From Octopus sinensis (taxonomy: Eukaryota), in the NCBI RefSeq assembly GCF_006345805.1, contig NC_042999.1, positions 154,132,001 through 154,196,000 on the forward strand: a DNA stretch of 64,000 nt, given 5' to 3'. How positions within the stretch are numbered: position 1 is the first letter of the stretch; each line of letters begins with the position of its first letter. A model generated the notes under the pieces. The model ran no database searches, was not told the origin of the DNA, and was given only the letters and a program-made list of their open reading frames with translations. Positions 13,456 to 25,401 of this stretch are shown piece after piece. The position numbers and the translations under genes are program-made.

Positions 13456-14466
13456 AGATAGACGTAAATAAAATATTAGACATCTTAGCGAGTTTATATA
13501 ATAATAATTAGCCAATCGTTTAGCTATTATATTGAATGAGAAATAAAAGTATATATTTAAATGATGCTAAATATATATCATAATCCAACATTGAAGAAAA
13601 TAACAGAATACGGGATCGTGAGAAATACAGAAAAATGAATAAAAGAAATACAACAGCAAAAATTAGAAAGAATAAGAAAACGGCATTTGATGATGGTGTG
13701 TGTATTGATTACACAATTGATAAAATAGACAATGGATAAGAGACCACGTGCTGACAAATAGGAGCCAACGTGCTCTGTTGAAGCAGAATTGAATGTATTC
13801 TATTAAATTGGCGGGATAGCCATGGCATTCAAGTTTGGAAAACTTGGGGCGGGGTACATTTATAAAAAGTAACAGCTGATTGTCGCCAAATGGTACTTCA
13901 CCAAGAGTTACGATCACGTCACTGTACATCTGAAATAACATCTAAGATAAATAAAATTCCTTTGGTAATAATTAAAAACGGGGTGACAGCGCTAAGCAGT
14001 GATGGGTATAGATATATGCTCGAGGAGAGTTCGAACCCGTGAGAAAGCCTTTCGATGTATTTTATCAGGGAGAAAATTTCTCTGTAAACAGAAAGGTGTA
14101 AGGAATTTACTCAGTGAGTTTGCTCCTTTCTGTCAACAGCGAAAAATTTCATCCACAACAAAATACAGTGAAATACTATCTCGAGGGTTCGAATATGCCT
14201 CCAGCATATTTGAACTTCTTTAAGTTTGTGTTAATAATAATTGTTAAGAATTTCGGTACATGGCACGGGACTTTTTTTTTAAAGGAGACACTTTTATTGG
14301 ATACTATCAACCTCGGCATTTGACTGGTGGACTTATTCTATTGCCTTTACATACCCTACCTCTGCAAGGAGGAAATAAAAAGTAAAACTGACCTCAGCAG
14401 ATATCGAACTCCGAACGCAAAGAGTGAAAACGGATTACAGCAAAGTATTTTTATTACGCTCTAACG

Positions 14467-14891
14467 CAGTGTTTCCCAAACATTTTTTGCTCATGGACCT
14501 CCTCTAATTCCTATTTTACTCTGCTGGATCCTTACAACCATTCGAAGTTTCAAAAATTGTGTTATATGTTTATAATTAAATAATATTAAAAATTATATTA
14601 AAATACTTGTTAAAATATTTTGTGTATTGTAAAAATAAGCAGAATCAGTTTATTGCACATAAATATAAACAAAATCTTATGTGGACCCCAGGGTCGGCTC
14701 ATGGTACCGGCAATTTGGGCAGTCGTCCGGGGTACCATGTGTTAGGGGACGCCAAGGAGGGTGTGACAAAGACAAGGACATTTCCACGACCATCAGCTTG
14801 TACACTCCGAAGTTCTGTTTGCCCGGGGTTCCAGCAACCCTAGGGCCGGCCCTGGAGCCCCAAGGACCATATGGACTGTTGAGAATCACTG
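14467..14891. mobile_element. hAT-type MITE containing a nested GC-rich hAT-type MITE (14689-14854)
   Basis: Outer termini cagtgtttcccaaac / gttgagaatcactg; inner termini cagggtcggc / gccggccctg; a related sequence at 56685-56728 lacks the inner piece. Confidence 0.65.
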
Positions 14892-14949
14892 GACGATTCG
14901 GTCAACTTGGCCTTTTATTATCTTTCTTTGATAATAATTATCTGATTTG

Positions 14950-15703
14950 TCACAAGTTTGGCAATTTTGAGGGTAGGGATAGGGATAAGCTGATACTATC
15001 GTCACACTTCGCACCTGGACAGATTTTCAGCTCAGAACGTAAAGAGTCAGATGAAATACCGCAAGGTATTCAATTCAACGCGCTAACGATTCTGCCAGCT
15101 CGCCACCCACCATAATAATAATATTGGTTTCAAATCCAGGCACATGGTCAGTAATTTTGGGGAATGGGGTAAGTCGATTACATCGACCCCGAAAGGATGA
15201 AAGGCTAAGTCGACCTCGGCGGAATTTGAACTCAGAATGAAAAGGCGGATGAAATGCCGCTAAGCCTCTCGCCCGGCATGCTAACGTTTCTTATTTCTTT
15301 ATTGCCCATAAGGGGCTAAACATGGAGGGGACAAACAAGGACAAACAAACGGATTGAGTCGATTACATCGACCCCAGTGCGTAACTGATACTTATTTAAT
15401 CGATCCCGAAAGGACGAAAGGCAAAGTCGACCTCGGCGGAATTTGAACTCAGAACGTAGCGGCAGACGAAATATCTATTTCTTTACTACCCACAAGGGGC
15501 TAAACATAGAGAAGACAAACAAGGACAGACAAACGGATTAAGTCGATTACATCGACCCCAGTGTGTAATTGATACTTATTTAATCGACCCCGAAAGGACG
15601 AAAGGCAAAGTCGACCTTGGCGGAATTTGAACTCAGAACGTAACGGCAGACGAAATACCTCTAAGCATTTCGCCCGGCGTGCTAACGTTTCTGCCAGCTC
15701 GCC
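14950..15703 (-). mobile_element. Tandem cluster of SINE-B copies including a young body dimer (15291-15703)
   Basis: Near-consensus units joined at gcagacgaaatatctatttctttactacc (about 15475). Confidence 0.9.
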
Positions 15704-16129
15704 AACTAATTTTCTGATAGTAGAAATACAAGTGTAGCTTCAAAATTAGTTGTAAACTTTTTTTTATTTATTTTAATCTCTCCGCGGATGTCGTTCTGAC
15801 CGGTTTCTCTTCTCTTCGGAATCTCACTGGAGAACGTGTACTTCTTTCGCCTGTCTACCGAGAGACTAAATAACGTGTAGTTATTTATAGCGAATACAAA
15901 TCAGGAGTTAGCCAGACCAGACAGTCTAATTCATTCATATAACAGGGCATTTCGTTGGCAAGGTGGTGAATTAATTAATGTACAAAACAACATCTGCTAG
16001 ATAATTGGAAAGGAGATATACTTTTAATAGGACAATTCAGTTTCACCCCACGAACACAAAAACATTTGTTTACCTTTCAAGAGTGTGTGTGTGTGTGTGT
16101 GTGTGTACAATCACACACAAAAAGCTGTA

Positions 16130-16300
16130 GCTAACTCATCTGTTATACCAACAACCGTGTACGCCAGTGAAACCTGGAAGAAGACAGCGAAGATCTCTCA
16201 ATTGCTGGACGGGTCCCATCGACGTTGCCTCCGTCCACTCCTGGTTATCTCTTATAGGGACAGAGTGAGAAACAAAGAGGTGACGAGAAGAGCAGGTATG
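16130..16300 (+). pseudogene. RTE-type LINE ORF C-terminal fragment
   Basis: VIPTTVYASETW...HRRCLRPLLVISYRDRVRNKEVTRRAG matches the LLYGSETW / RRCLRRIL.I.W.D.V.N.EV..RAG motif. Confidence 0.8.
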
Positions 16301-16600
16301 AGAAATCCGGGAAGGATTTGTACCAAACTGGCATTGAGAGTTACACAAACAACAGATCTTTGCTTAGTGCCAAAGATCCCAGTATCGCAATCAAGATACA
16401 GGACCAAATACTGCAACAGCCTGTGTTTCAAGGGCCCACAGCTCCTCAATATCTTTCACCAAAAGCCTTAGAGACTTACATTGAGTGAATGTAGGTGTCT
16501 TCAAAACAAAAGTGAAACTCCTTCCTATCAAGGGTTCCGGATGAGCTTACTCAAGGAAACGCAGATAAGGACAGCAGCATCAAACACACTCATTCGCCAA
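16300..16600 (+). pseudogene. CR1/L2-like LINE 3' fragment abutting the RTE fragment
   Basis: RYRTKYCNSLCFKGPQLLNI..KSLRDL...VFKTK...RVPDE...RTAASNTLIRQ resembles the CR1/L2 ORF2 C-terminus. Confidence 0.6.
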
Positions 16601-16691
16601 CTGAGACTTCAAGTAGAGGTGTAGCAATGCTAATAGCGGTGCCCCAACATGGCCGCAACTCTCGAGCAGAAACTGGGTACAAAGTTTTATA

Positions 16692-16930
16692 CAGTAAGCC
16701 CTCGACTATTGCAGGTTTTACGTTCCAAAACCTCACACAGAAATAATTAAAATCTAAAAAAATATAAATACCTATCGGTCGCAGAAACCCGGAAATACTG
16801 AGGAGACCGCGATATAAATTTAAATATATTAGTCAGAAATACTCGCGACGTACTGAGTGCGCGTTAGGTGAACCGCGACGTACTGAGTGCGCGATAGGTG
16901 AACCGCGACGTATTGAGTGCGCGATTACTG
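16692..16930. mobile_element. Tigger/pogo-like MITE with a 30-bp subterminal tandem repeat
   Basis: TA|cagtaagccctcg ... gcgattactg|TA; unit cgcgacgtactgagtgcgcg(t/a)taggtgaac repeated about 2.7 times at 16844-16925. Confidence 0.75.
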
Positions 16931-17287
16931 TATATATTTCTATAGCGGAGGAGAGACGAAAAATTGTCCCAGCAGTGGCGGATGTGAGGTCGCGCGCGCG
17001 CACAAGAGAGAGAGAGTGTGTGTGTGTGCGTGTGTTTGTTTGTTTGTGCGTGAGCACGCGCGCGCACACACAGAAATATGAGTGGGTAAACTTGATTAAT
17101 TCCTTATACCTAGCTAAACGTTTGTCAAGCGTACTCAACAATCGACTGAGGGTTGACCGCATGAAATCTTTAGCTACGATGAGTTTTGTCAACACGCAAC
17201 TACATCCGTCTACGCCCGACTACAATAGCTGTGTATCATTTTTTCTTTTTCTTTTCTTGTCAACTTGTACGAAAATCACGAAAAAAC

Positions 17288-17674
17288 TTTATATATAAAA
17301 GTGAAGTTGTGTGTCTATCTCCTACGATTTAGATTCCTAACTACTCCCACATTTTACGGTGCAGTTTAACCAAAACCGGGTATCTTATAGTCGTGATTCA
17401 TATCGAGCCCTTCTGGGAATTAGCGCGCGTCTACGATGAGTCTACGATTTTAAAAATAATTTACCATCATTTTTTCCCATTTTAATGCATTTTTTTCGCT
17501 ATTATATAAGGGAAGTAACTCTCTAAAAATGTCTACGATGAGTCAACGATTTAAAAAAAATTTACGATCATTTTTTTAATGCATTTTTTAAATACTTTTT
17601 GGCTACAACTCTCTAAAAATGCTTATATAGTTATTTCCCTTACAAACCTGAGCAACGCCGGGCGATACTACTAG
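17288..17674 (+). mobile_element. Non-autonomous Helitron
   Basis: 5' ctttatatataaaagtgaagttgtgtgtc; 3' hairpin-like cctgagcaacgccggg followed by CTAG and T. Confidence 0.75.
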
Positions 17675-18054
17675 TATTATATATAGTCGGCAGACCTAAC
17701 GCCGTTTTTTGGTCAGAGAGAAAAACGTGTAGTTTAACAAGAGAATAGACTTTTGTCAGGAAAGTTTAAAATGTGTGTTTACTAAAAACCTGTAGGTCAA
17801 CTTTATATCACTTTTATATAAATGGGAGTGAGTGTGCGTGTGTATAGAAACGTATATGTATTGATAGATGGGTATCTTTTATCTTTTACTTCTTTCAGTC
17901 ATTAGACTGCGGCCATGCCGAGGCACCGCATTGAATAAATTTTAGTCGAAGGAATCAAACGTAGTACTTATTTTTTTTAAACCTGGTACTTATTCTATTT
18001 TCACTCTTTGCCGAACCGCTAAGTTCTATACCATCGCCGGTTGTCAAGTAGATA

Positions 18055-18555
18055 TCAGGTTATCCCATAAGTTCTGTCCGATTTTACCTTTTTAAAAATT
18101 GAATTAAATTTAATAGTATTTTAGAATGTCTAATGGAATTAAAAATTATTTTTATGCATTTGTGTACATTTAAACTAATTAAATATTATTTTACAGAATA
18201 ATAGAATTAAAATTCATTTGATTAAAACCCTTTATAACAAGGAAGTATCCAAAGAGCATTTAAGACACATAATGCTTTATGAGTACACAAAAGGAAACTT
18301 TGCAGCCGAAGCGATCGAAACATACACTCAGTTTATGGGAAAGAATGCTTGAATGAAAGAACTTGCAGAAGATGGTTTGCAAAATTCAGAAATGGAGATT
18401 TTCAGCCTTGAAGATGAAGATCGAACAGGACGTCCAGTTGAGTTTGATGATAAGATCCTTGAGGCATTACTTGAAGAAGATCCTGCATTATTAGTTGAAG
18501 AAATGGCAATAAAGCTTACTTAAAACCATACAACTAACTGTTCATCGTCATCTAA
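18055..18555 (+). pseudogene. Mariner transposon 5' portion: TIR plus disrupted transposase N-terminus
   Basis: TA|tcaggttatcccataagttc TIR; from 18241 EVSKEHLRHIMLYEYTKGN...VYGKECLNERTCRRWFAKFRNGDF/SLEDEDRTGRPVEFDD..LEALLEEDP, with mutated ATG, frameshift and stop. Confidence 0.92.
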
Positions 18556-18834
18556 ACTAAATAACAAGCACACGAAAAGATCGATTCTGAAAAGATGAAA
18601 AACGAAGCTGACTGAGAAAGCATTCGAACTCCGTACACAGAGAAACGGGAAAAAAACTCCACTCTCGATGCAACCAACCAACAAAATGGTCGCTAAGGCA
18701 TAAGGTTACAAATTTATCGACTCCAGTATTCCATTGGTATTTAATTCAGAGACCCAAAGATGGTGAAAGGGCAAAGTGGATCGCGGTGGGATTTCAATAC
18801 AGAAAATAAAGAGACCTAATCAAATACAGCAAAG

Positions 18835-19059
18835 CTATTTCTTTACTACCCACAAGGGGCTAAACACAGAGAGGACAAACAAGGACAGACAAACAGATTA
18901 AGTCGATTATATCGACCCCAGTGCGTAACTGGTACTTATTTAATCGACCCCGAAAGGATGAAAGGCGAAGTCGACCTCGGCGGAATTTGAACTCAGAACG
19001 TAGCGGCAGACGAAATACCGCTAAACATTTCGCCCGGCGTGCTAACGTCTCTGCCAGCT
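18835..19059 (-). mobile_element. Young SINE-B copy
   Basis: Near-identical to other family B copies, CpGs intact. Confidence 0.92.
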
Positions 19060-20323
19060 AGCAAAGCATTTTGTCTCGTGCTCCACCGATTTTGCTCATC
19101 TACCTGCCACCCTGGCTATGGATAAAATCTAATTTCCAACATAGGTACAAAGCTTCAAATTTAGAGGATCACAATACAGCCCTGCAGTCGATTGTCCTTG
19201 TTTTATGGCGTAAAAGATGTACGAGTGTATTAGATGGATCCCAATTTCATCAGCGCCTTTTCTCTTCTGTTTTACTCGTTTAAGCCATTTGATTGCAGCC
19301 GTATTGGGGTACCACCCTGAGGAATTTTTAGTCGAATAAATCGACCCATCTGCCAACTCTAAATACGAAATATCAATTTTGTTCGTTATATTTATAGTGC
19401 CGACATTATATATACACCAGGGAAAAATTCACAGCTTGACTTTTAATGAGGGCGGGCTATACACCAACGCACAAACTGCAACGAATAATAAATAATAAGA
19501 CGAAGCATACAAGTTATTTGTTTATAATGTCGCTGTGTACAGATTCTGTTCTGTTTCAATTTTATTGGAGACGTTATCTTTTATCAAACATCTAAACAAA
19601 TCCGAACGCGGAGTTTACCTCATCACTTGGCCTACCAGAAATAGCAGCCAAACCGCCAAATTCAAATTACAAACACACAAATTGTATTATATAACTCCTA
19701 CGCAATATACGATCAAAAGTGAGGGTGGTCACTACTGGAGTGGTTCTGGTCATAGATATTCTGGATCGGGTTGATTTCATGTTAAACAACGCTAAGGTTT
19801 CTTTTTTTTTTTTTTTTTCTAACAAATTCTATTCTCTGATTGAAAAGTTCTGGGTTATCTAGATCATAGATTACACGCGGTTTCGATTCCTGGTTATGGC
19901 TATTTCACTTAGCTGCAAATGCGTGCGTTTAAGTCGACGCACGGTTTCGATTCTAGCTGAAATATATTTACTTCATGTAGTGGTTAATAGTCTTTTCTAC
20001 TCTAGGTACCATGCTCGAAAGTTTTTTTTTTTTTTTTTGTTTTGGAGGGGTAGAGATAGTCAATTAGATCCCCCCCCCCAGTATGTAACTGGTACTTAAT
20101 TTATCGACCCCGAAAGGATGAAAGGCAAAGTCGACTTCAACAGAATTTATCAAGCAAGATATGACACGGTTTCGATATATGGTGGCAGTTGTTTCATTTC
20201 ATCTACCTGCCAATATTGTGTGTAAAATGTCATACGGTTTCGATTTCTGCTGATGTCCATCTCATTTCACGTAGCAGCCAATATCATACAAGATACGAAA
20301 GTCTCGAGTCCATTTCTGCAAAC

Positions 20324-20551
20324 TTTACTCTTTTACTTGTTTCAGTCATTTTGACTGCGGCCATGCTGGAGCACCGCCTTTAATCGAGCAACTCGACCCC
20401 GGGACTTATTCTTTTTGTAAGCCCAGTACTTATTCTATCGGTCTCTTTTGCCGAACCGCTAAGTAACGGAGACATAAACACACCAGCATCGGTTGTCAAG
20501 CAATGCTAGGGGGACAAACACAGACACACAAACAAACACACACACACACAC

Positions 20552-20613
<62 letters not shown>

Positions 20614-20778
20614 TACAACAGGCTTCTTTCAGTTTCCGTCTACCAAATCCACTCACAAGGCATTGGTCGGCCCGGGGCTATAGCAGAAGACACTTGACCA
20701 AGATGCCACGCAGTGGGACTAACCCGGAACCATGTGGTTGGTTAGCAAGCTACTTACCACACAGCCGCTCCTGCGCCT
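20324..20778 (-). mobile_element. Full-length young CORE-type tRNA SINE (family A; OR-like)
   Basis: tRNA-like head (gtggctgtgtggtaag...ggttccgggttagtccc), CORE-like cttggtcaagtgtcttc, internal (TA)n/(GT)n, 3' tail gaaacaagtaaaagagtaaa. Confidence 0.9.
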
Positions 20779-22555
20779 TTGTGCAAGAAAATTCTACAAA
20801 ACACCACAGAATTCCTTATAAATGATAACCAATAAAACTAAACATGGCCATCATTCCAAAATGTCCAATCTAGAGTAAGGATTCTTCACTGGGGTTAACA
20901 GAAACTAAACTCGGGAATAGGGGACATGATCAGTTGTATTTATACGATTTTCTTTCTGGTTCTTGCTCCAGCTCACTCATATTTTTGCTTTATCTTTTAC
21001 CTGCTTCAGTCATTAGTGCGGCTATGCTGGGGCACAGCCTTGAAGAACTTTTTTGTCGAATGAATCGACAACTAGTTTTTTTTTTTCTCCCTTTTAAGTC
21101 TAGTACTTATTATATCAATCTGCTATTGCCGAATCGCTAAGTTGCGGGGACATAAACACACCAACACCGGTTCACAAGCTGTGATGATGGATAGACAAAC
21201 ACACACACACACATTATACATATATAATTGAGATTCGGTTGAATTAGGTACTTAAGTTGAAGCACCGAGTCAGTCCGGTATTATCCGCACAGATCGAAGG
21301 TGAAAAAAATCAAAATAAGCAACAGGATATCAAGTAGTGTTGCAGTATGACCGTTTCAAGCTACTCCATTTAATTGAAAAATGCAATCATTACATCAATT
21401 TAAATACAGTGCCATCATCAGCTGCACAAATAAATAAATAGAATTTTAACCAGTTGGACCATCATCATCTTTTAACGTCCGTTTCCCATGCTGTCATGGT
21501 TTGGACAGTTTGACCAGAACTAGCAAGTTGGGGAGCTGCATCAAGTTCTTGTTTGATTTGGGATGGTTTCTGCGACAGGATGCCCTTCCTAACACCAACC
21601 ACTTTACAGTGTACTGTGTGCTTTTAACGTGGCACCACACGAGCACTTTTACATGGCAGCGGCATAGGACACTCGCAGACTCTATAGCTTCATAACCGGT
21701 ACTGGTTTATATCGCCGAAACTTAGCGGTTCAGCATAACAAGGATAGAATAAGTATCAGGCTTTAAAAAAATAATACTGTGGTTCGATTCGTTGAACTAA
21801 AACCCTTCAAGGTGGTGTCCCAGCATGGCCGCAGTCCAATGACTGAAACAAGTACATGATAAATGATTAACAACTGCATTACTTAACGTTTTACAATAAC
21901 GTACGTAATGGACGTCGTGGAATTTGAGGCGCAGCTCATGAATGAAGACGTAAGTCACTCATGCATGTGTGTTATGTGTAGTATGTATGTATGCGAGTGA
22001 ATGTGTTTCGCCGTATATCGGTGAAGGTTGTAAACATAAACGGGCAAACAGTATATTCAAACGAAGTGCAACGAGTTACAAAACACTCCCTTGAAATTTT
22101 CCTTATGAGAAATGCAGTGAGCCAGTGACTGAATTGGTGGAAACCTTTACCAAATCACGCTATTGGTTCTGACATAATTATGATATAAAATACAATAAAT
22201 TCCTCGGCAACCAACACACACATATATATATATATATATACATACATACATGCATATATATATATATATATAATATCAACAATTGAGGGTAAAATTAATT
22301 AATTAATCAATTTCACCAAGTGTTCAGTATGTAAAAGGACCATTTAAGGCGAATTCAAAATATTACATTATATAATTAGGGCTTAGTAAAATAAATTACT
22401 TTGCCACATACTGAACTTAGTAGAAATAGCAGCCAAAAAAAATTTTCTTAGCATTTCTACTACTTAAAGAAAATTTCTCTCAGATAATGTTTACTCTAGA
22501 CAGCTCACGAAGGTTTGGGGGTAAATACAGAAAAATATCACAAGTACATAGATCG

Positions 22556-22618
22556 TTTGAGTACGTCAACGTTTCAAGATTAGCCAAATAAAATCAGCAT
22601 TTCTTTCTTCAGCTCAAA
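22556..22618 (-). ncRNA. Type I hammerhead ribozyme
   Basis: tttgag-CUGAAGA-aaga...tctt-GAAAC-gttgac-GUA-ctcaaa: intact core, 6-bp stem I, self-complementary stem/loop III. Confidence 0.85.
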
Positions 22619-22971
22619 ATTGTATGTGGCAAAGTAATTTATTTTACTAAGCCCTAATTATATAATGTAATATTTTGAATTCGCCTTAAATGGTCCTTTT
22701 ACATACTGAACACTTGGTGAAATTGATTAATTAATTAATTTTACCCTCAATTGTTGATATTATAATTCATATCTCTCGGTCATACTGCCTCGGTTCTCGC
22801 GGTTAAAATATAATGTTTGCTAGATAGACCACGTGGGTGGAATGGGGAGTGCAGAATTTTACGCCTGCGCATTTTGAATTTGTTGACACTGTTAGTTGGA
22901 GTGGTTCATCTGAAGCGACAAGTCGCTGATAGGTAAAGTTCCTTCTTTTTAGTGTTTCCAAATCAAGAAAT

Positions 22972-23034
22972 TTTGAGCTGACGAAAGAAATGCTGATTTT
23001 ATTTGGCTAATCTTGAAACGTTGACGTACTCAAA
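22972..23034 (+). ncRNA. Type I hammerhead ribozyme
   Basis: tttgag-CUGACGA-aaga...tctt-GAAAC-gttgac-GUA-ctcaaa; predicted cleavage after 23028. Confidence 0.85.
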
Positions 23035-23739
23035 CGATCTATGTACTTGTGATATTTTTCTGTATTTACCCCCAAACCTTCGTGAGCTGTCTAGAGTAAA
23101 CATTATCTGAGAGAAATTTTCTTTAAGTAGTAGAAATGCTAAGAAAATTTTTTTTGGCTGCTATTTCTACTAAGTTCAGTATGTGGCAAAGTAATTTATT
23201 TTACTAAGCCCTAATTATATAATATATATATACATACATATACCCGGCTGTCCCACTGAAGAAAACTGGCCTTTAGCAAATACTTTTTTGCTGGAAATAG
23301 TTAGAAACCGTCGGTCTGGGAAATAGTTGAGATGGTAAACATTTTTAATTTGCATTCCTTTCGTGAATTTATCCTTTTTTTTTGTGTGGTCTTGAGATTT
23401 CTACTGCTCTTTCTAGCACAACGCTTTCCTATTTGGAAGCCTCTTATTGTATACATACATATACAATTAATCAAAGGACATACTAAGTATGTCTACCTGC
23501 TTGAAACAACAGTCAAAACTCCTATTGAATCGCCAAGACAGGCTTCTTTCAATTTCCGTTTACTGAACCTGGAACCATGTGGTTGGTGAGAAAGCTACTT
23601 ACCACACAGCCACTCCTGTGCCTACGTACAAATTATAAAGAAAATTAAAATATATATACAGTACAGTACTGTTTCTACTTAGCGGATTTTCACCTACCGC
23701 GGGAGGGGATGTAACGCCCGCAATAGTCGAAGGATTACT

Positions 23740-23940
23740 GTACATGTAGGATAGACTTGTTTAACCCCTGATCGAACGAACCTATTATCAAAGGCATTCT
23801 AACCATAATTAACGCAATCTTTCTAATGAGACGGTAGGTTATGCGATTCCAAGCAGACGTGACTGCAATCTTTAGTACATGCTCTTTAGGTGGTTCATGT
23901 TCTTGTTCGTAAATTAACCAGTACACGCTCACAAACACGA
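23740..23940 (-). pseudogene. Tc1-like transposase C-terminal remnant
   Basis: YEQEHEPPKEHVLKIAVTSAWNRITYRLIRKIALIM resembles the Tc1 tail (LK.AI..AW..I....I.K....M). Confidence 0.5.
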
Positions 23941-25361
23941 GCTATGTGATACTTCAGTGGGCGGCATACTACTTTAGCGTTCCAGATGTATTTAAGCTAT
24001 TTTTTTCTTTTCTGCGACACAGCAGAAACTGTTTCCTAAACCAACAACCCAGTCATTCTCAATGAATACGACACGAAACCGATTTAAGATACTTCTCCAG
24101 AGTAAAGGATCGACAAAAATGTTCGCACTACAGCATTCTAACAATAATTACATCATACGGTCGGGTAAATTCCAGACACTTATATGATGTCCAAGCAATT
24201 TCGTGCTCAATATACGGCTGCGTGAAATACAAGTGAACAGGTTTCTACTTAACACAAATAACGAATTAGACAAACGAACAACGGCTAAATACATCTAATC
24301 TATAAATAAACGTTGCCACACCACTTTTCACAAGATTTCAATCATAAAACAGTTAAATATAAGAAGATAACAGCACATTTTAGGATTAACTTTTGTAAAT
24401 CCAGTTTGTAGTAGAGTAAACAGTACAAACGGGCATTGGTTCGTTATATAAAACTCATAAACCACCTTTTCGTATCTACAAAAGCAGCGTGTTGGCAGTA
24501 CGTCGGGAAAAGTACATAGCGGCATTCTGCTTGTACTTTAGGCTCTGAGTTCAAATCTCGCCTAAGCCAACTTTGCCTTCTATCGCTTCGGGGTCGATAA
24601 AACAAAGTACTAGTCAAGGAGAGGGGGGTCGATGCAATCGACTTATCCACTCCTCTCAAAATTGCTGGCTTTGAACCCTGCCAGGGACCGGATTGTCGTT
24701 AAGGGTAGAGGTTCCCAACTCTTTTATTTAAATGAGTTTTCCCACGGACACCTTTTACGTCCTCGTAAACTCAGCAGTTCGACATAAGAAAAATCGATAG
24801 AATAAGTACTAGATTTCAGCAATATGGTTGATTTATTCGACTAAAGGCTGCAGTCAAATGAATGAAACAAGTGTAAAAGAAGAAAAAACTGACAAGGAAA
24901 AATCTCAAAACACATGGCCAGATGATGGTAAAAGAGAAAATTCCAGAGTGTTGTGTCTTCTGGTGGAGAACAAAGAAAAGACGTGAGAATCATAATGTAA
25001 ACCGCCGTACCAAAACCCACTAATTGGCTACTTGGCAATTTCGAGTGGAGTGATAATGATGGAAAAATATTTCAATATCAACATTATAATAGGGACTCGC
25101 TCCTAAGCAAGAACACAACATTGAGAATGACAAAGTATCCAACCAACAAATTTAAAATGAAATAACATACTCCAAAACTAAGGAAACCGCAACTACAATG
25201 GCAGATTTTAATGTTTTAACTTTTTTTATTATTATATATACTTGTTTCAGTCACTGGGCTTTGACCATACTGGGGCACCGCTTTGAAGAATTTTAGTCGA
25301 ATGAATCGACCTCAGGACTTATTTACAATGAACAGATAGGTGTTCTCATCTTTGTTGCTAT

Positions 25362-25401
25362 CACAACGTCTCGGCAGATGTATTCCCCAGACTTCAAGTG
25401 T
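25362..25401 (-). ncRNA. Degenerate hammerhead relic, same family as 54360-54403
   Basis: acac ttgaag tctg gggaatacat ctgcc gagac gtt gtg aligns to acac ctgatga aggttg gagagtacat cagct gaaat gtt gtg. Confidence 0.5.

Larger units (their letters stand above)
22270..23222. mobile_element. Non-autonomous Penelope-like element (inverted partial pLTR plus tandem pLTR) between (TA)n tracts
   Basis: 22270-22415 is inverted at 22622-22765; 22370-22621 is inverted at 22969-23222; each long arm holds a hammerhead motif; no ORF. Confidence 0.75.

Noticed and set aside
14681-15115. 144-aa GC-rich ORF
   Set aside because: Spans nested MITEs and a SINE.
21340-21390. GAAACGGTC motifs here and near 63650
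   Set aside because: No CUGANGA core upstream; too decayed to call.
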